Of a DNA stretch of 64,000 nt, positions 42,243-53,724 are shown one piece after another; position 1 is the first letter of the stretch; each line of letters starts with the position of its first letter. A program made the translations under genes and the position numbers. Below the pieces are notes generated by a model. The model worked only from the letters and a program-made list of their open reading frames with translations. It was not told where the DNA came from and did no database searches. This DNA is from an uncultured Planctomycetota bacterium (GTDB taxonomy: Bacteria > Planctomycetota > Planctomycetia > Pirellulales > Lacipirellulaceae), in contig CAVRBU010000002.1 in the NCBI GenBank assembly GCA_963719315.1, positions 1,824,001 through 1,888,000 of the forward strand, written 5' to 3'.

Positions 42243-42917
42243 TTAGCGGTTACGGCGTCGGAAGGAGAAGAGCAATGCGGGGAGTGCGGCGGCGGTCAGG
42301 GTGATGCTGCCTGGCTCGGGGACCGCTAGGATCAGGCGGATCTGGTCGACTTCGACGGTGACCGACTGGGCACCCGACAAGGCGGCGAACTGTCCCGAGT
42401 TGAGCTGATCGGCCCCTTCGTTGAAGCCGGTCATGCCGCGATAAGCCGCACCGGTGGGATAGGTGGTGCCGGGCGCGCCGAGGTAGTCGGAGGCATCGAG
42501 GAGGCCATCGCTGTAGATCAGGCCAATGATGCGGTCGGTGTTCTGAAACCCGAAGAACCATCCAACGCCGAGCGGATCGATCGGTTGGCCCACGGTGTCG
42601 TAGTGCACGAGATAGGAGGAGACACGCGTGCCGGCGGGGATGAGGCCGGGGTTGGCCGTGTTGGTGCTGCCCACGACCTCGGCGCCGGCGTTGTCGGCGT
42701 CGACGTAGAGATCGCTGGCGAGGAGAAAGTCTTGCCGCTCGGCGAAGATGACCGCGAGGTCATTGTTTTCCGTCGCCCCTTCGACGACCGAGCCGGGGGG
42801 TGTGATCTCGAGAAGATCGCCAGTGATGGAACTGATGGTCTGGCCAAAGGCGGCACTCGACATGAGTGCGACGAGTAGAGCCGAAAGCAAAGCTCCAGCG
42901 TGCAACTTGCATTTCAT
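42243..42917 (-). CDS. PEP-CTERM sorting domain protein
   Basis: Signal peptide, acidic body, C-terminal VPEPGS + TM helix + RRRNR. Confidence 0.9.
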   Translation of the reverse strand: MKCKLHAGALLSALLVALMSSAAFGQTISSITGDLLEITPPGSVVEGATENNDLAVIFAERQDFLLASDLYVDADNAGAEVVGSTNTANPGLIPAGTRVSSYLVHYDTVGQPIDPLGVGWFFGFQNTDRIIGLIYSDGLLDASDYLGAPGTTYPTGAAYRGMTGFNEGADQLNSGQFAALSGAQSVTVEVDQIRLILAVPEPGSITLTAAALPALLFSFRRRNR

Positions 42918-43270
42918 CAGCGTTCCCCCTAGTTCAGAGACGAAGAGCAGGTGGCACCGCGTGCGGCTTACCGAAGCAACGAACCGAGACGGTGCGACAA
43001 GCCGGGATTCATGCGATGTACCGACCGGCAACCGTGCCCGGGTAGTTCGGCCTTATTGTAGCAGCTGCGGCCGGCGCCCGTGCGTAGGGAGTCGTAATTT
43101 TCCCAATTTTTTCTTGCGTTCGGCGGAAGCGGGGAGTCGTGAAGCAGCGCTCGGGCGCCGGTGGGAAGGGGGAAAGGGGGAGCGCGTTCATTGGGGACGC
43201 GTGCGCAAGAGAAAAGCCCAGCCGGGACGGCTGAGCTATATGGGGTTTGCGACTGGTTTTTTGCGGTGGG

Positions 43271-44134
43271 CTACCCGACCTTCTTTTCAGCCTGGGGCAA
43301 TTCAAAGGTCGTATCGTCGGCATCGTCGCGACGCAGCCGAACAATTGCGCCCGGCGGCGTGCGACGCTCTTGCACGAAGCCGCGCTTGCCGCCGAGGAAG
43401 AACGGCTGAAACTCGGCGGCCGGTCCGGCCACGAATTCCGACCGCAAGGTATCCAGCATTTCCTGCCACGTGAGGCCGCTACGATAGATGGCGCGGTACG
43501 CCGCTTTCAGCTCCAAGATATCGTCCGCCGTGAAGCCAGCCCGGCGCAGGCCGACTTTGTTGAGGCCAACGACCATGGCCGAATCGCCGTCCAGCGTAAC
43601 GAACGGCGGCACGTCGCGTACGACTCGCGCGTGTCCGCCGATCATGGCCAGCCGGCCGATGCGGCAGAACTGGTGGACCGCCACCGCGCCCCCCAAGTAC
43701 GCCCGTGCCCCAACTTCCACGTGGCCTCCTAGCATTGTCCCATTGGTCAGCACCACGTTGTCCTCCACGACGCAATCGTGGGCCACGTGCGCTCCGACCA
43801 TGAACAGGCAGCGGCTGCCGACGCGAGTGACGTGCCCGGCCTCGAGCGCGCGGTGGACGGTGCAGTTCTCGCGAAACACATTGCCGTCGCCGATTTCGGT
43901 CGTGCCCGGGTGTTCGGGCATGTGGACGTGTTGCGGCATGCCACCCAGCACTGTGCCTTCGAGCACCAAATTGTCGCGGCCCAGAATCGTCCCCGATTTC
44001 ACGGTCGCGCGGCCGGCGAGGTGACAGCCATCACCCAGCACGACTCCGGCTTCAACGACACAAAACGGCCCGATCCGTACATTGGAACCGAGCTCGGCAT
44101 GGGGACTAACGACGGCAAGCGGGTGAATCGACAC
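43271..44134 (-). CDS. lpxA: Acyl-ACP-UDP-N-acetylglucosamine O-acyltransferase
   Basis: IHPLAVV, hexapeptide repeats, RENCTVHR, HVAHDC, VHQFCRIG and GLNKVGLRRAG. GTG start after GGAAAGGA. Confidence 0.9.
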   Translation of the reverse strand: MSIHPLAVVSPHAELGSNVRIGPFCVVEAGVVLGDGCHLAGRATVKSGTILGRDNLVLEGTVLGGMPQHVHMPEHPGTTEIGDGNVFRENCTVHRALEAGHVTRVGSRCLFMVGAHVAHDCVVEDNVVLTNGTMLGGHVEVGARAYLGGAVAVHQFCRIGRLAMIGGHARVVRDVPPFVTLDGDSAMVVGLNKVGLRRAGFTADDILELKAAYRAIYRSGLTWQEMLDTLRSEFVAGPAAEFQPFFLGGKRGFVQERRTPPGAIVRLRRDDADDTTFELPQAEKKVG

Positions 44135-44151
44135 GGGTGGGTCCTTTCCGA

Positions 44152-44218
44152 AGTCGGGTATCAGGTGTTGGGCGTCAGGTGCCGGATTCCTGAAACCTGA
44201 CACCTGACACCCGACACC
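44152..44218. repeat. Inverted heptamer array upstream of lpxA (same unit as 29473-29543)
   Basis: GTCGGGTATCAGGTGTTGGGCGTCAGG-tgccggatt-CCTGAAACCTGACACCTGACACCCGACACC. Confidence 0.8.
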
Positions 44219-44526
44219 TACAAAACGCGGGAGTGTGACGGGCCACCGGACGGGATACGCTGCACCGGCAGGAAGCACACACTTAACACTATCGGGCGTA
44301 ACAATTGTGCCGGCTTAGCCGCAGGTGGCGATTTTTCGGTCGTGGCGAACCATCGTCTGGGCGAACTACGCAACCGCCTGTTACACTCGAAGAATTGGAC
44401 TGCTAGCAAAAAGAATTCTGCTAGCATCAAGGTGCCATGCCTTCGACGCGAAGCGGCGTAGGCATGCTTTCGCAATTCGATTGGTTATTCGATTGGTTAG
44501 TTGTTTAACGCAAGGAATAGATCGCC

Positions 44527-44865
44527 ATGGCTGATCCCGTTGCACTGTATGACGAAGCCGACAAGCTCAAAGACGAAGGCAAACTCGACGAAGCCGCGGC
44601 CAAGCTCCGTGAAGCGCTCCAAGCCGATTCGAGCTACGCCCTCGCCCATTCGGCGCTGGCCGTCGTGCTACAAAGACTCGGTCAGCACGAGGAAGCCATC
44701 CAACATGCCCGCAGGGCCTGCGAAATCGAGCCCAACGACCCCTTTAGTTACACGGCCCTCAGCGTCACCTACCAGCGCGCCTTCGCCGGCACGAACAATC
44801 AGCAATACATCCGCATGGCCGAAGATGCGATGGAACAAAGCCGAATGTTGCAGAGCCGGCATTAA
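44527..44865 (+). CDS. Small TPR protein
   Basis: TPR pattern GKLDEAAAKLREAL...ALAHSALAVVL..LGQHEEAI.H...A.EIEPND; AAGGA RBS. Confidence 0.85.
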   Translation: MADPVALYDEADKLKDEGKLDEAAAKLREALQADSSYALAHSALAVVLQRLGQHEEAIQHARRACEIEPNDPFSYTALSVTYQRAFAGTNNQQYIRMAEDAMEQSRMLQSRH

Positions 44866-44879
44866 CTCCCTTATCTACT

Positions 44880-45404
44880 ATGACGGCGGTCTCGCCTAAT
44901 CGTCGCAGCATTTCCAGCCTGCTACGCAAAGTAGCGACGGCGATGTTTCTAATGTTTAGCATTCTGTGGGCCGTACTATGGCTGCGCAATTTCTGGCTGG
45001 CCGATGTGGCTTGGGCGCCATTACCAGGCCAAGGTTATCTCGCGTTTGCTTCCCAGCAGGGACAAATGGAACTGTCACTATACCTCCCGTTTGCTTCAAC
45101 CCCCGTTCCGCAACGACAGACATCGGCACGATGGGGAGTGCAAAGCTATACCGCCACCGGCGATAACCTATACGACGTACTGCTCCCTCGGGTTAAACTG
45201 CTGCGCTTTCGACGGTATGGAAGTATCCCGCGAACCTACGACCTGAACGCAATGGCGCCTTATTGGTTCTTGCTGCCCGTCACCTGGATGCTCGCGGCCG
45301 CGCCGTGGGTTCGATGGTCCGTGAGATTCAGCTTACGCGCTATGCTTATCGCTATGACTCTGGTAGCGGTCGCGCTTGGAGTTTACGTAACAAGCAAATG
45401 GTAA
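44880..45404 (+). CDS. Hypothetical membrane protein
   Basis: N- and C-terminal TM helices, with a C-terminal PYWF...APW...RFSLRAMLIA motif. Confidence 0.7.
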   Translation: MTAVSPNRRSISSLLRKVATAMFLMFSILWAVLWLRNFWLADVAWAPLPGQGYLAFASQQGQMELSLYLPFASTPVPQRQTSARWGVQSYTATGDNLYDVLLPRVKLLRFRRYGSIPRTYDLNAMAPYWFLLPVTWMLAAAPWVRWSVRFSLRAMLIAMTLVAVALGVYVTSKW

Positions 45405-45431
45405 CTAGCTCCTCCACAATGGCGAAGTAGC

Positions 45432-47279
45432 GTGATGATTAACGCTTTTCAACTCGCCAGCGCTGCACCCGTTGCCGTGTTTGGCATGTTCGCGCTGTGG
45501 GCGGCCGCTTCGAAGCGGCATTGGTTTCTGAGAACCGCCGTCGTTGGCGGCGCGATTCTCGTGACGCTTTTGATCCCCGCCTTTGAAATCGTGGTCAGGC
45601 TGGGAGTCGAGTCGCTAGGGGTCGCAGCCGGCCTCGCCGTTTGGCGGCGCAAGAGACGCTCAATCTCGTCGATCACTGCCGGTGAACCCACGCGGGCGTT
45701 TCACGTTCAATTGTCGCTGCAGACGCTGATGCTTACAGTTGTCATCGTGGCGGTAGTCACCGCCGTAGCTTCGCGGATGCTACGGACCGCAATCGATCAA
45801 TCGTACGAATTTGCTATCGACGGCACCGCGGGCGCTGCAATTTGCTTGACGTGCGTTTGGATCGTGTGCGGCCGGGCAAATTGGCGGGTGCGATTACTGG
45901 CTTCGCCGTTGCTGGCGATTTTCTGGGGGCTGACGCAATTCAGCCTGAATTACGCCGAGCATATCGTAAGTTACTTAACCAATGTGAAAAGCGGATCCGT
46001 TTCTGAATACGTGCAGCACGCCCTACACAACTTTGCCGGGCAATTGTATTGGATTGAGGTAATCAGCGTCGGCATGGCCATTCTCTGCGCTTGGCTGTTT
46101 CTGGTGCGTCAAGCAGGCTGGTTTGATCCGTTCGATGAACTAAAAATCGCGCCGGCGGCAACCAACGCAGGTCGGCACCGAACAACAATTGCGCGGATGG
46201 TCGCGGTGATGTTATTTCTCACGTTAGTAGCGTTTCCGCTCACGTTGTTTTATCGCCTGATCACGCCCACGCCGATTCCGAACGTTACGTTGCCAGTCCA
46301 CAACGGCTACGACGATTTCGTAGCCGCTGGTTGCATGATCGGTCGGACGGCAGCGCGCAAGATACGCGCATGGGATCAGTTGTCGGATCAACAACTTACG
46401 GCGGAATTGGCAAAACAAAGTGCCGCCATCGACTTGCTGCACGAGGGCTTTAAAAAATCGTGCTGGCAGCCATATGCCTTTAAGCCTCAGCCGGAAGATG
46501 ATATTCAAGCCTTTTTTCGCGTTCTCGATGTATTGAGCGCTCGAGGAGAGTTCGCCCGCCGAGCTCACAATCTGAACATGGAGATCACGAATCAATTGGA
46601 CTATCTGCGGCTGGCGAACGCGGAGAGCTACGGCTCCGCCGCGGAAGACTACCCGAGTCCCGTAGGTCGAGATGAAAGAGGAATCCCTTACTATCTTTGG
46701 AGAGGAATTCGCCCGCGACTTTCCGCAAAGGAATGTATCGATTTAGCAGCCGAACTTTGGGAATTAGACCGTGGCCGAGAGACATGGGAGATCCGCGCCG
46801 AGCGGCGGCGCATCCGTGAAATGAACTCGGGCTGGCAGCGACATGCGAACCTAATTCTCCAAGAGTGGTGCCACACCAACCCTAACCCCTGGAAACGCGA
46901 CGAGCATTTTCGATGCGTGACAGAATTTTGAATCGTAATGGTCGGCCTCGGAATTCGCGCGTTTCAACTTGAGACTGGGCATCTACCAGCACGATTGTCC
47001 GACCTTGTGCCCAAGTATTTATCGGCCGTTCCGGACGATCCATTTGGAAGCGGAAGCCTCAAATACGGCGTGTCGGGTGAGTCGTATGTGCTCTACAGCG
47101 TGGGACCGGATGGCGACGACGGTCGGGGACAGTCGATCACCGTCACAAATGGGAAAGAAATGGGTGATTACACGGCCGACTATTTATTTCCGCTACCGCC
47201 CCCATTACCGCCACCGGCGAGTGGTTCCAATTCATCCGCTCCAGCCGATAGCGGCGCACCAGCCAAAGGCGACGACTGA
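45432..47279 (+). pseudogene. Membrane protein interrupted by an in-frame TGA at 46929-46931
   Basis: ORFs 45432-46931 and 46938-47279 share a frame. Read-through gives TEF*IVMVGLGIRAFQLETGHLPARLSDLVPKYL..VPDDPF...LYSVGPDG.D, a GspG-like C-terminal motif. Confidence 0.65.
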
Positions 47280-47404
47280 AATTAATTGCCTGCTACGCGT
47301 CTGCATCTTGCGAACTTGTGCCTGGATCGACCAATATGTGCCAAATGGCGGCGAATTAGGCATATGTCTGTCTGGCTATAAAACTCTTTGTCATGAGATA
47401 TGAA

Positions 47405-48793
47405 ATGCGCATGCGATTGTTGTTCGCCGTGGGCTTGATGTTGGCCTGTTCCCAGGCATTCGCGGACCATTCGCAAGAGGTCGAGCGGTTGGTGAAACCG
47501 CTTCTCGACTCGAAGAACATAGTCGGCTGCGTGGTCGGCGTGCTCGACAACGGCAAGCAGGAAATCTATGGCTTCGGCGAAATTCATCACGGCGCCGGCG
47601 ACAAGCCCAACGCCGACACTGTGTACGAAATCGGCTCCATGACCAAAGCGTTCACTGGCACGCTGCTCGGCGACATGGTAAATCGCGGCCTTGTGAAGCT
47701 CGATGCGCCGGTCCAGGATTTTCTGCCGCCGGATGTGAAGCTGCATCAAATCAAAGATCATCCGATCAAGTTGGTCGACGTCGCGTCCCAATCCTCCGGC
47801 CTGCCGCGGATGCCCAACAATTTTGCTCCCAAGGATGCCAAGAACCCATACGCCGACTACACGCCGGAACTGATGTTCCAATTTCTCGGAAAACTACAGC
47901 TTCAGTGCCCGCCCGGCAAATATGAATATTCGAATCTTGGCATGGGGCTGCTGGGTTACATCCTCGCGCAGAAAGCCGGCAAATCGTACGAGCAGTTGGT
48001 CGTCGAGCGGATTTGCGATCCGCTGAATATGAACGACACACGCATTACGCTCTCCGCTGAGCAGCGTAAACGGCTAGCGCCGCCGTACAACGCCGAGCTT
48101 GGCGACGAAACGAATTGGGACTTCGATGCGTTGGCCGGCGCGGGCGTGCTTCGCTCGACGGCCAATGACATTCTGAAACTGGCTGAAGCATCGCTCAGCG
48201 ACGACGACCGCCCCGTCGTGAAAGCAATTCACACGGCTTGGACACCACACTACGGCAAGCCGGGCGACATTCGCGTGGGCCTCGCCTGGCACCTGGCCCG
48301 CGACGGTGAAACTTGGTGGCACAACGGCCAAACGGCCGGCTACTCGTCAGCCCTATTTGTGTATCCCCCGAAACACTTGGCCGTTGTCGTTCTCTGCAAC
48401 ACCGCCACGGAACACACCACTCCGCTCGCCGAAAAGATCTTGCAGTCGTTGCTCGGAATGCACCCGGAGCCACTCGCGGTTCACAAAGCAGTGGAGATCG
48501 ACCCGGCGCTCCTGAAATCGTACGAAGGCACCTACGTGCTGTCGCTGGTGTTTGCGATTACGATCACCGTCGAAGATGGAAAGCTCATGGCTCGAGCCAC
48601 GAACCAGGAGAAATACCAACTCTTTCCGGATTCGGATTCCAAGTTTTTCTACAAAGTCGTAGACGCGCAGATCTCGTTCGAGAAGGACGGCAACGGAAAC
48701 GTGAACAAGCTGGTCCTGCATCAAAACGGCCAAGATATGCCCGGCATCAAAGTGCCAACTGCCGCCGCAGGCAAGAACGCGTCGAACAAGTAG
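47405..48793 (+). CDS. Secreted serine hydrolase (beta-lactamase-like) with C-terminal DUF3471-like domain
   Basis: Signal peptide, YEIGSMTK, YSNLG, WHNGQTAGY and LKSYEGTY...LHQNG. Confidence 0.88.
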   Translation: MRMRLLFAVGLMLACSQAFADHSQEVERLVKPLLDSKNIVGCVVGVLDNGKQEIYGFGEIHHGAGDKPNADTVYEIGSMTKAFTGTLLGDMVNRGLVKLDAPVQDFLPPDVKLHQIKDHPIKLVDVASQSSGLPRMPNNFAPKDAKNPYADYTPELMFQFLGKLQLQCPPGKYEYSNLGMGLLGYILAQKAGKSYEQLVVERICDPLNMNDTRITLSAEQRKRLAPPYNAELGDETNWDFDALAGAGVLRSTANDILKLAEASLSDDDRPVVKAIHTAWTPHYGKPGDIRVGLAWHLARDGETWWHNGQTAGYSSALFVYPPKHLAVVVLCNTATEHTTPLAEKILQSLLGMHPEPLAVHKAVEIDPALLKSYEGTYVLSLVFAITITVEDGKLMARATNQEKYQLFPDSDSKFFYKVVDAQISFEKDGNGNVNKLVLHQNGQDMPGIKVPTAAAGKNASNK

Positions 48794-49113
48794 ACCGCGC
48801 TCCACAAACTTTTTCGCTATTCTGCGAACCCGCCTGCGCGGCGTTTGTCTCTTGGAGTGTGCGTTATCCCCGTTTTCTTGGCACCGTCTGAGAGTCCGGC
48901 TATGCAGCATTGGCATCCGCATATCGTGCGCGCCGAACGCCGCGACGCCGTTCGCCAATGGGCAGATCTCGAAAGCAAGAGCCCGACGATGCGCGATGAC
49001 ATGTATCAGAAATACGCGGAGCAGCCCGCGCCAATTTATAAGCAGCGATCGCGAATAGTGTTGCTCGCAGAACTTCTGGTCGCAGCGCTGGATACCTGGT
49101 GGAACAATTGCAG

Positions 49114-50226
49114 TTAAAGTCCCTCGTTGAGCTCCTGCAAATCTTCCGGCACGAACCGGCCGTCTTTGCGCAAGAGCTTGCCGTCGAACCAGATTTCGCC
49201 GCCGCCGTAATCCGGACGTTGGATTTGCACCAGGTCCCAATGAATGCGGCTGCGATTGCCGTTGTCGGCAATCTCGTAAGCATTGCCGGGCGTCAAGTGG
49301 AATGAGCCGCCGATTTTTTCGTCGAAAAGCGTGTCGAGCATTGGGTGCCGCACGCGGTTGTTGACGCCGATTGCCCACTCGCCGCAATAGCGGGCCCCTT
49401 CGTCGGAGTCGAGAATCTCGTTGATCTTCTTCGGTTCGTTGGCCGTCGCCCGCACGATCTTGCCGTCTTTGAACTCGAACTCGATGTTGTCGAACACCGT
49501 GCCCTGATACCGCGACTGTGTATTGAAACGAATCTGCCCATTGATGCTTTCGCGTACCGGGGCAGTAAACACTTCTCCGTCCGGAATATTGCGGTCGCCC
49601 CAGCAAGGTATGACGGGAATATCCTTGATCGAAAACTCTAGCTCAGTGCCTTCCGCCACGATTCGCACGCGATCCGTCTTCCGCATCCGCTCGGCCAATG
49701 GCTCTTGGGCCTTCCGCATCGCCGCGTAGTCGGCCGTGCAAACATCAAAATAAAAATCCTCGAACGCCGGCGTGCTCATGTTGGCCGCCTGCGCGAACGA
49801 ATCGGTCGGGTAACGAAGCACGACCCATTTGGTTTTGGCGATTCGCACATCGGTGTGGACCGTCTTCCACCAATGCGCCTGGTATAAGTCCATTTTCTCG
49901 TGCGGCACGTCGGCAAACTGGCTGCTGTTCGCCGCCCCGCGCACGCCGATGTACGCCTGCACTTCCTCCATGCGGGCACTTTCCAATTGCCCGGCCAGCT
50001 TCATGCTCTCCTCAGTCGCCGTCTGATACAGCGACCGCAGCACGGCGTTCGATTTCCAAGAAACCAGCGGCACAGCCCGGCGTTTTGCAGCCCCCTCGAC
50101 GAGCCGGCACACAAGCGTCGGATCGGGCAAATCGAATGCCTCGATGAGCACCCGCTCGCCCTTCTCGATGCGGCAGCTATGGTCGAGCAACAAATCGGCA
50201 AGCTGATTCAGGCGAGGATCGTACAT
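49114..50226 (-). CDS. Aminopeptidase, M29 family
   Basis: NIPDGEVFTAP, GARY.GE, TLFDEK..GSFH.T.G.AY and N.S.IHWD. Confidence 0.92.
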   Translation of the reverse strand: MYDPRLNQLADLLLDHSCRIEKGERVLIEAFDLPDPTLVCRLVEGAAKRRAVPLVSWKSNAVLRSLYQTATEESMKLAGQLESARMEEVQAYIGVRGAANSSQFADVPHEKMDLYQAHWWKTVHTDVRIAKTKWVVLRYPTDSFAQAANMSTPAFEDFYFDVCTADYAAMRKAQEPLAERMRKTDRVRIVAEGTELEFSIKDIPVIPCWGDRNIPDGEVFTAPVRESINGQIRFNTQSRYQGTVFDNIEFEFKDGKIVRATANEPKKINEILDSDEGARYCGEWAIGVNNRVRHPMLDTLFDEKIGGSFHLTPGNAYEIADNGNRSRIHWDLVQIQRPDYGGGEIWFDGKLLRKDGRFVPEDLQELNEGL

Positions 50227-50459
50227 GACGGACGAAGAGGACCGAGGTCAGAGACACTAAGAAATAGCCGCGACTTTACAAGTCGCCGGAAGCGACGGAA
50301 GTTTCCGCATGGGCCGACGCGGCCAACCATGATAGGCTGTTCGGCTCCGACCAACAACCGCCGCGCACGCGCCGCGGCCTATAATTCGTTGGGTGGGCAC
50401 TGCCCACCATTGGTAAATTGGTGGCCAGTGCCCGCCCTACTTCAAACTCACAATTCGCG

Positions 50460-52379
50460 ATGACAACGGAAACACCACCCGCAAACCGTCCTCAAGAGAC
50501 CAAGTCCTTCGCCGAGACCGCACTCGCCCTCGGCGGCAAAAGCGCCGATGAGGCCCGTCGAACCGGCGCGATCGACACCGCCGACGATCAAGTCGAAGCC
50601 CTGTTCGCGCCGCAGTATCAAACCGTGAACAGCCCGGCCCATCGGGCCGTGTGGGATCGCGGCGTGCCGGTCGAACTGTTCATGAGCGCGCCGCCGAAGA
50701 CGCCGCCCGATGTGCAGCGCGTGATGGACGACTCGATCGCCGCGGTTCAACGTCACAAAACGGCCGGCACGCTGCTGAACGCGGATGGCAAAGTTTCGGA
50801 TGCTGTGCTGGCCGATCTGGGTACGGCCGGCTACTGGGGCTTGCTCGTCGGCAAAGAATATGGCGGCTCCGGCGCGCCGTTCAGTTCGTTCGCCCCCTTC
50901 CTTACGCGAATGGCGCTCATTGACCCGACCGTCGCCGGCCTGGCCTCGGTCCACGGCTGCATCGGCGCGGTCGATCCAGTCCGCACGTTCGGCAGCCCCG
51001 AACAAAAACAACGATTTCTCTCCGGCCTCGCCGATGGTTCCCGCCTCAGTGCGTTCGCGCTCACCGAGCCCTGCGCCGGCAGCGATCTTACCGCGCTCCG
51101 CACCACCGCCCGACTGGAAGGCGATGAGTACATTGTGAACGGCGAAAAGCTGTTTATCACGAACGTGGTGCCCGGCCGCACGATCGGCTTGGTCTGCTTG
51201 ATTGACGGCAAACCAGCCGTGCTTATCGTCGAATTGCCGCCCCAAGAGAATGAACACTTTCAGCTCCGCAAATATGGCCTGTGGGCGCTCAAACAAACGT
51301 ACAACCGCGGCATCGTCTTCCGCGATTTCCGCGTCCCGGCCGCGAATCTGCTCGCGGCGCCCCGCGGCGACGGCCTGACGATCGCTTACCACGGCCTGAA
51401 CTTGGGCCGCGTCGCCTTGTGCGCAAACGCAGCCGGCACGATGCGTCTGATGATGGCCAACATCATCCCCTGGGCTCGCTTCCGCCGCACCTACGGAGCA
51501 CCGATCGCTTCCCGCGAGCTTGTCGAACGGCGTCTCGGCGAATTGGCCGGCCTCATCGTCGGCTGTGATGCCCTCGTCGCCTGGTGTGCCGGCCTGATCG
51601 ACCGCGGCTATCGCGGCGAAATGGAATGCATCGTGGCCAAGATTTTCGGCAGCGAATCCCAGAAGCACGCCGCGGTCGAATACTTCATGAAAACCCACGG
51701 CGGCCGCTCCTTCCTGCACGGCCACAGCTTCGGCGACAACATCCACGAATATCTCGCTCCCTGCATCTACGAAGGCGAAGGCGAAATGCTCGGAATGGGG
51801 TTCTTCAAGTCGCTCGTAAAGCACCACGGCAAAACGTTTTTCGAGCCGATCGGCAAAGCGCTTGCCGCCGCCGGCATCCGCCAGCCGAACCCAATGAACC
51901 CGGCGCACCTGTGGGCCCTCCGAAGCGTCGCGCTGCCGTACATGAAATGGGTTGCCGCCAAGCGTTTGCGCCCGCTCCCCGCAGCGCAACTGCCGCACAT
52001 GCCGAAGCCGCTCCGCGAGCATGCCGAATTCGCTTGCGAGCGGCTGCAACGCATGGCGCTCGAAATCTCCGGCACCATGAGCCGCTTCCAACTAAAACTG
52101 GCCGATCGCCAGTGCCGCATGGCCGAGCTTTCGCTACGTTGCCAGGATATGATTACAATTCTTACCACGAGCATGTACGGTGCCCGCAGCGACGACCAAC
52201 TCATTCAGGACGCGGCCGACATCCTGTGCGAGAACCTGCGGCAGAAGTTGTTGGGCCGCCGGCCGTCGAACAACTACTTCCGTCGCGTGACGGCCCTCGG
52301 CGCGGCAATCGCCGAAGGCCAGTTCGGCTCCATCGCCGGCATCGAAGCCGAAGCCATCCTGATGCCGTATGAGCAGTGA
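50460..52379 (+). CDS. Acyl-CoA dehydrogenase family protein
   Basis: [30 protein letters not shown] and IYEGE.E. Confidence 0.9.
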   Translation: MTTETPPANRPQETKSFAETALALGGKSADEARRTGAIDTADDQVEALFAPQYQTVNSPAHRAVWDRGVPVELFMSAPPKTPPDVQRVMDDSIAAVQRHKTAGTLLNADGKVSDAVLADLGTAGYWGLLVGKEYGGSGAPFSSFAPFLTRMALIDPTVAGLASVHGCIGAVDPVRTFGSPEQKQRFLSGLADGSRLSAFALTEPCAGSDLTALRTTARLEGDEYIVNGEKLFITNVVPGRTIGLVCLIDGKPAVLIVELPPQENEHFQLRKYGLWALKQTYNRGIVFRDFRVPAANLLAAPRGDGLTIAYHGLNLGRVALCANAAGTMRLMMANIIPWARFRRTYGAPIASRELVERRLGELAGLIVGCDALVAWCAGLIDRGYRGEMECIVAKIFGSESQKHAAVEYFMKTHGGRSFLHGHSFGDNIHEYLAPCIYEGEGEMLGMGFFKSLVKHHGKTFFEPIGKALAAAGIRQPNPMNPAHLWALRSVALPYMKWVAAKRLRPLPAAQLPHMPKPLREHAEFACERLQRMALEISGTMSRFQLKLADRQCRMAELSLRCQDMITILTTSMYGARSDDQLIQDAADILCENLRQKLLGRRPSNNYFRRVTALGAAIAEGQFGSIAGIEAEAILMPYEQ

Positions 52380-53562
52380 ACCAACGAACGGCGAATCATC
52401 CACCGACGCCGCACCCTCACCGTTGCGCAGCGTTCATACGACGAACTTTCCGGCGATCCTCGACCAGCTCGGCAGCTCGTTGCTCGTTACCACGTATCAA
52501 GCCGGCAAGCTCGTCGTCGTGCGGTCCGATGGCGGCGTGATCAACACGCACTTTCGTGCCTTCAACAAGCCGATGGGCATGGCCGTCGGCCGCGGCCGGT
52601 TGGCGATCGGAGCTGCCGTCGATGTGTGGGAATTTCGCAATGTGCCCGCCGTCGCGGCCAAGCTCGACCCGCCCGGCAAGCACGATGCGTGCTACCTGCC
52701 CCGCTCGGCACACGTCACGGGCGATATCCAGATTCACGAAATGGCGTATGTGGGAGCGGCCTCTGACCGCGATGGGGGAGTGAGTAGTCAAGGCCGCATC
52801 GGCGTCGGAGACGCCTCCCACTCAAAGGCAGACGACGAGCTCTGGTTCGTCAACACCCGCTTCTCCTGCCTCGCGACGCACGACCCGGACCACAGCTTCG
52901 CGCCCGTGTGGCGGCCAAAATTCATTTCGCAACTCACGCCGGACGACCGCTGCCACCTGAACGGCCTGGGCCTAAAAGATGGCCGACCGACCTGGGTCAC
53001 CGCCCTCGGCGAAACCGACACAGCCGGCGGCTGGCGCGAAAACAAAAAGAGTGGCGGAATTCTCATCGACCTCGAGTCGAACGAGATCGTCGCCCGCGGC
53101 CTGTCGATGCCCCACTCGCCGCGCTGGCACGCCGGCCGACTCTGGCTGCTCGAATCCGGCACCGGCAGCCTGGGCTTCGTCGATCTCAACAACGGCCGTT
53201 ACGAGCCAATCGCTCGACTCGATGGTTTTACGCGCGGCCTTGATCTGGTCGGCAACCTTGCGTTCATCGGCCTCTCGCAAGTCCGCGAGACGGCCATTTT
53301 CAGCGGCATCCAAATCACCGAACGCCTGCAGGAAACCGAACGCACCTGCGGCGTCTGGGTCGTGGATATCCAACGCGGCCAGGTCGTCGCATTTCTGAAA
53401 TTCGAGGAGGCGGTGCAAGAAGTGTTCGCAGTCGCGTTGCTGCCGGGAGTCCGCTTTCCCGACCTCATCAACGACAACGCGGAACTCGTCGGCAGCTCAT
53501 TCGTTCTGCCCGACGACGCCCTCCGCGACGTCCCGGCCGAACTCCGTGCCGGACCCAACTGA
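52369..53562 (+). CDS. TIGR03032/DUF4915 family protein
   Basis: [43 protein letters not shown] and GFTRGL. Confidence 0.88.
   Translation: MSSEPTNGESSTDAAPSPLRSVHTTNFPAILDQLGSSLLVTTYQAGKLVVVRSDGGVINTHFRAFNKPMGMAVGRGRLAIGAAVDVWEFRNVPAVAAKLDPPGKHDACYLPRSAHVTGDIQIHEMAYVGAASDRDGGVSSQGRIGVGDASHSKADDELWFVNTRFSCLATHDPDHSFAPVWRPKFISQLTPDDRCHLNGLGLKDGRPTWVTALGETDTAGGWRENKKSGGILIDLESNEIVARGLSMPHSPRWHAGRLWLLESGTGSLGFVDLNNGRYEPIARLDGFTRGLDLVGNLAFIGLSQVRETAIFSGIQITERLQETERTCGVWVVDIQRGQVVAFLKFEEAVQEVFAVALLPGVRFPDLINDNAELVGSSFVLPDDALRDVPAELRAGPN
52750..52821. repeat. REP-like doublet inserted in frame in the TIGR03032 gene
   Basis: GTGGGAGCGGCCTCTGACCGCGAT...ATCGGCGTCGGAGACGCCTCCCAC, 72 nt (24 codons). 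Confidence 0.75.
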
Positions 53563-53568
53563 AAATGT

Positions 53569-53614
53569 TGGGTGGCATGCCTTCGCCGCAGCAGCGGCGT
53601 AGGCATGCCACCCA
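53569..53614. repeat. Palindromic element (GGCATGCC family)
   Basis: TGGGTGGCATGCCT...AGGCATGCCACCCA, with related sequences near 27412-27530 and 44434-44467. Confidence 0.6.
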
Positions 53615-53724
53615 GTACGCGACTCAGCCGCATGGTGAACTCGGTCCACCCTCTTGTTACAATGGCCACAAGCGCCGGCGTTCTACGCAGGCCGTCCAAT
53701 TCTCTTTCGATGAGGCGGCGTATC

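Noticed and set aside
48794..49113. Small ORFs between the serine hydrolase and the aminopeptidase
   Set aside because: No recognisable family or start signals.
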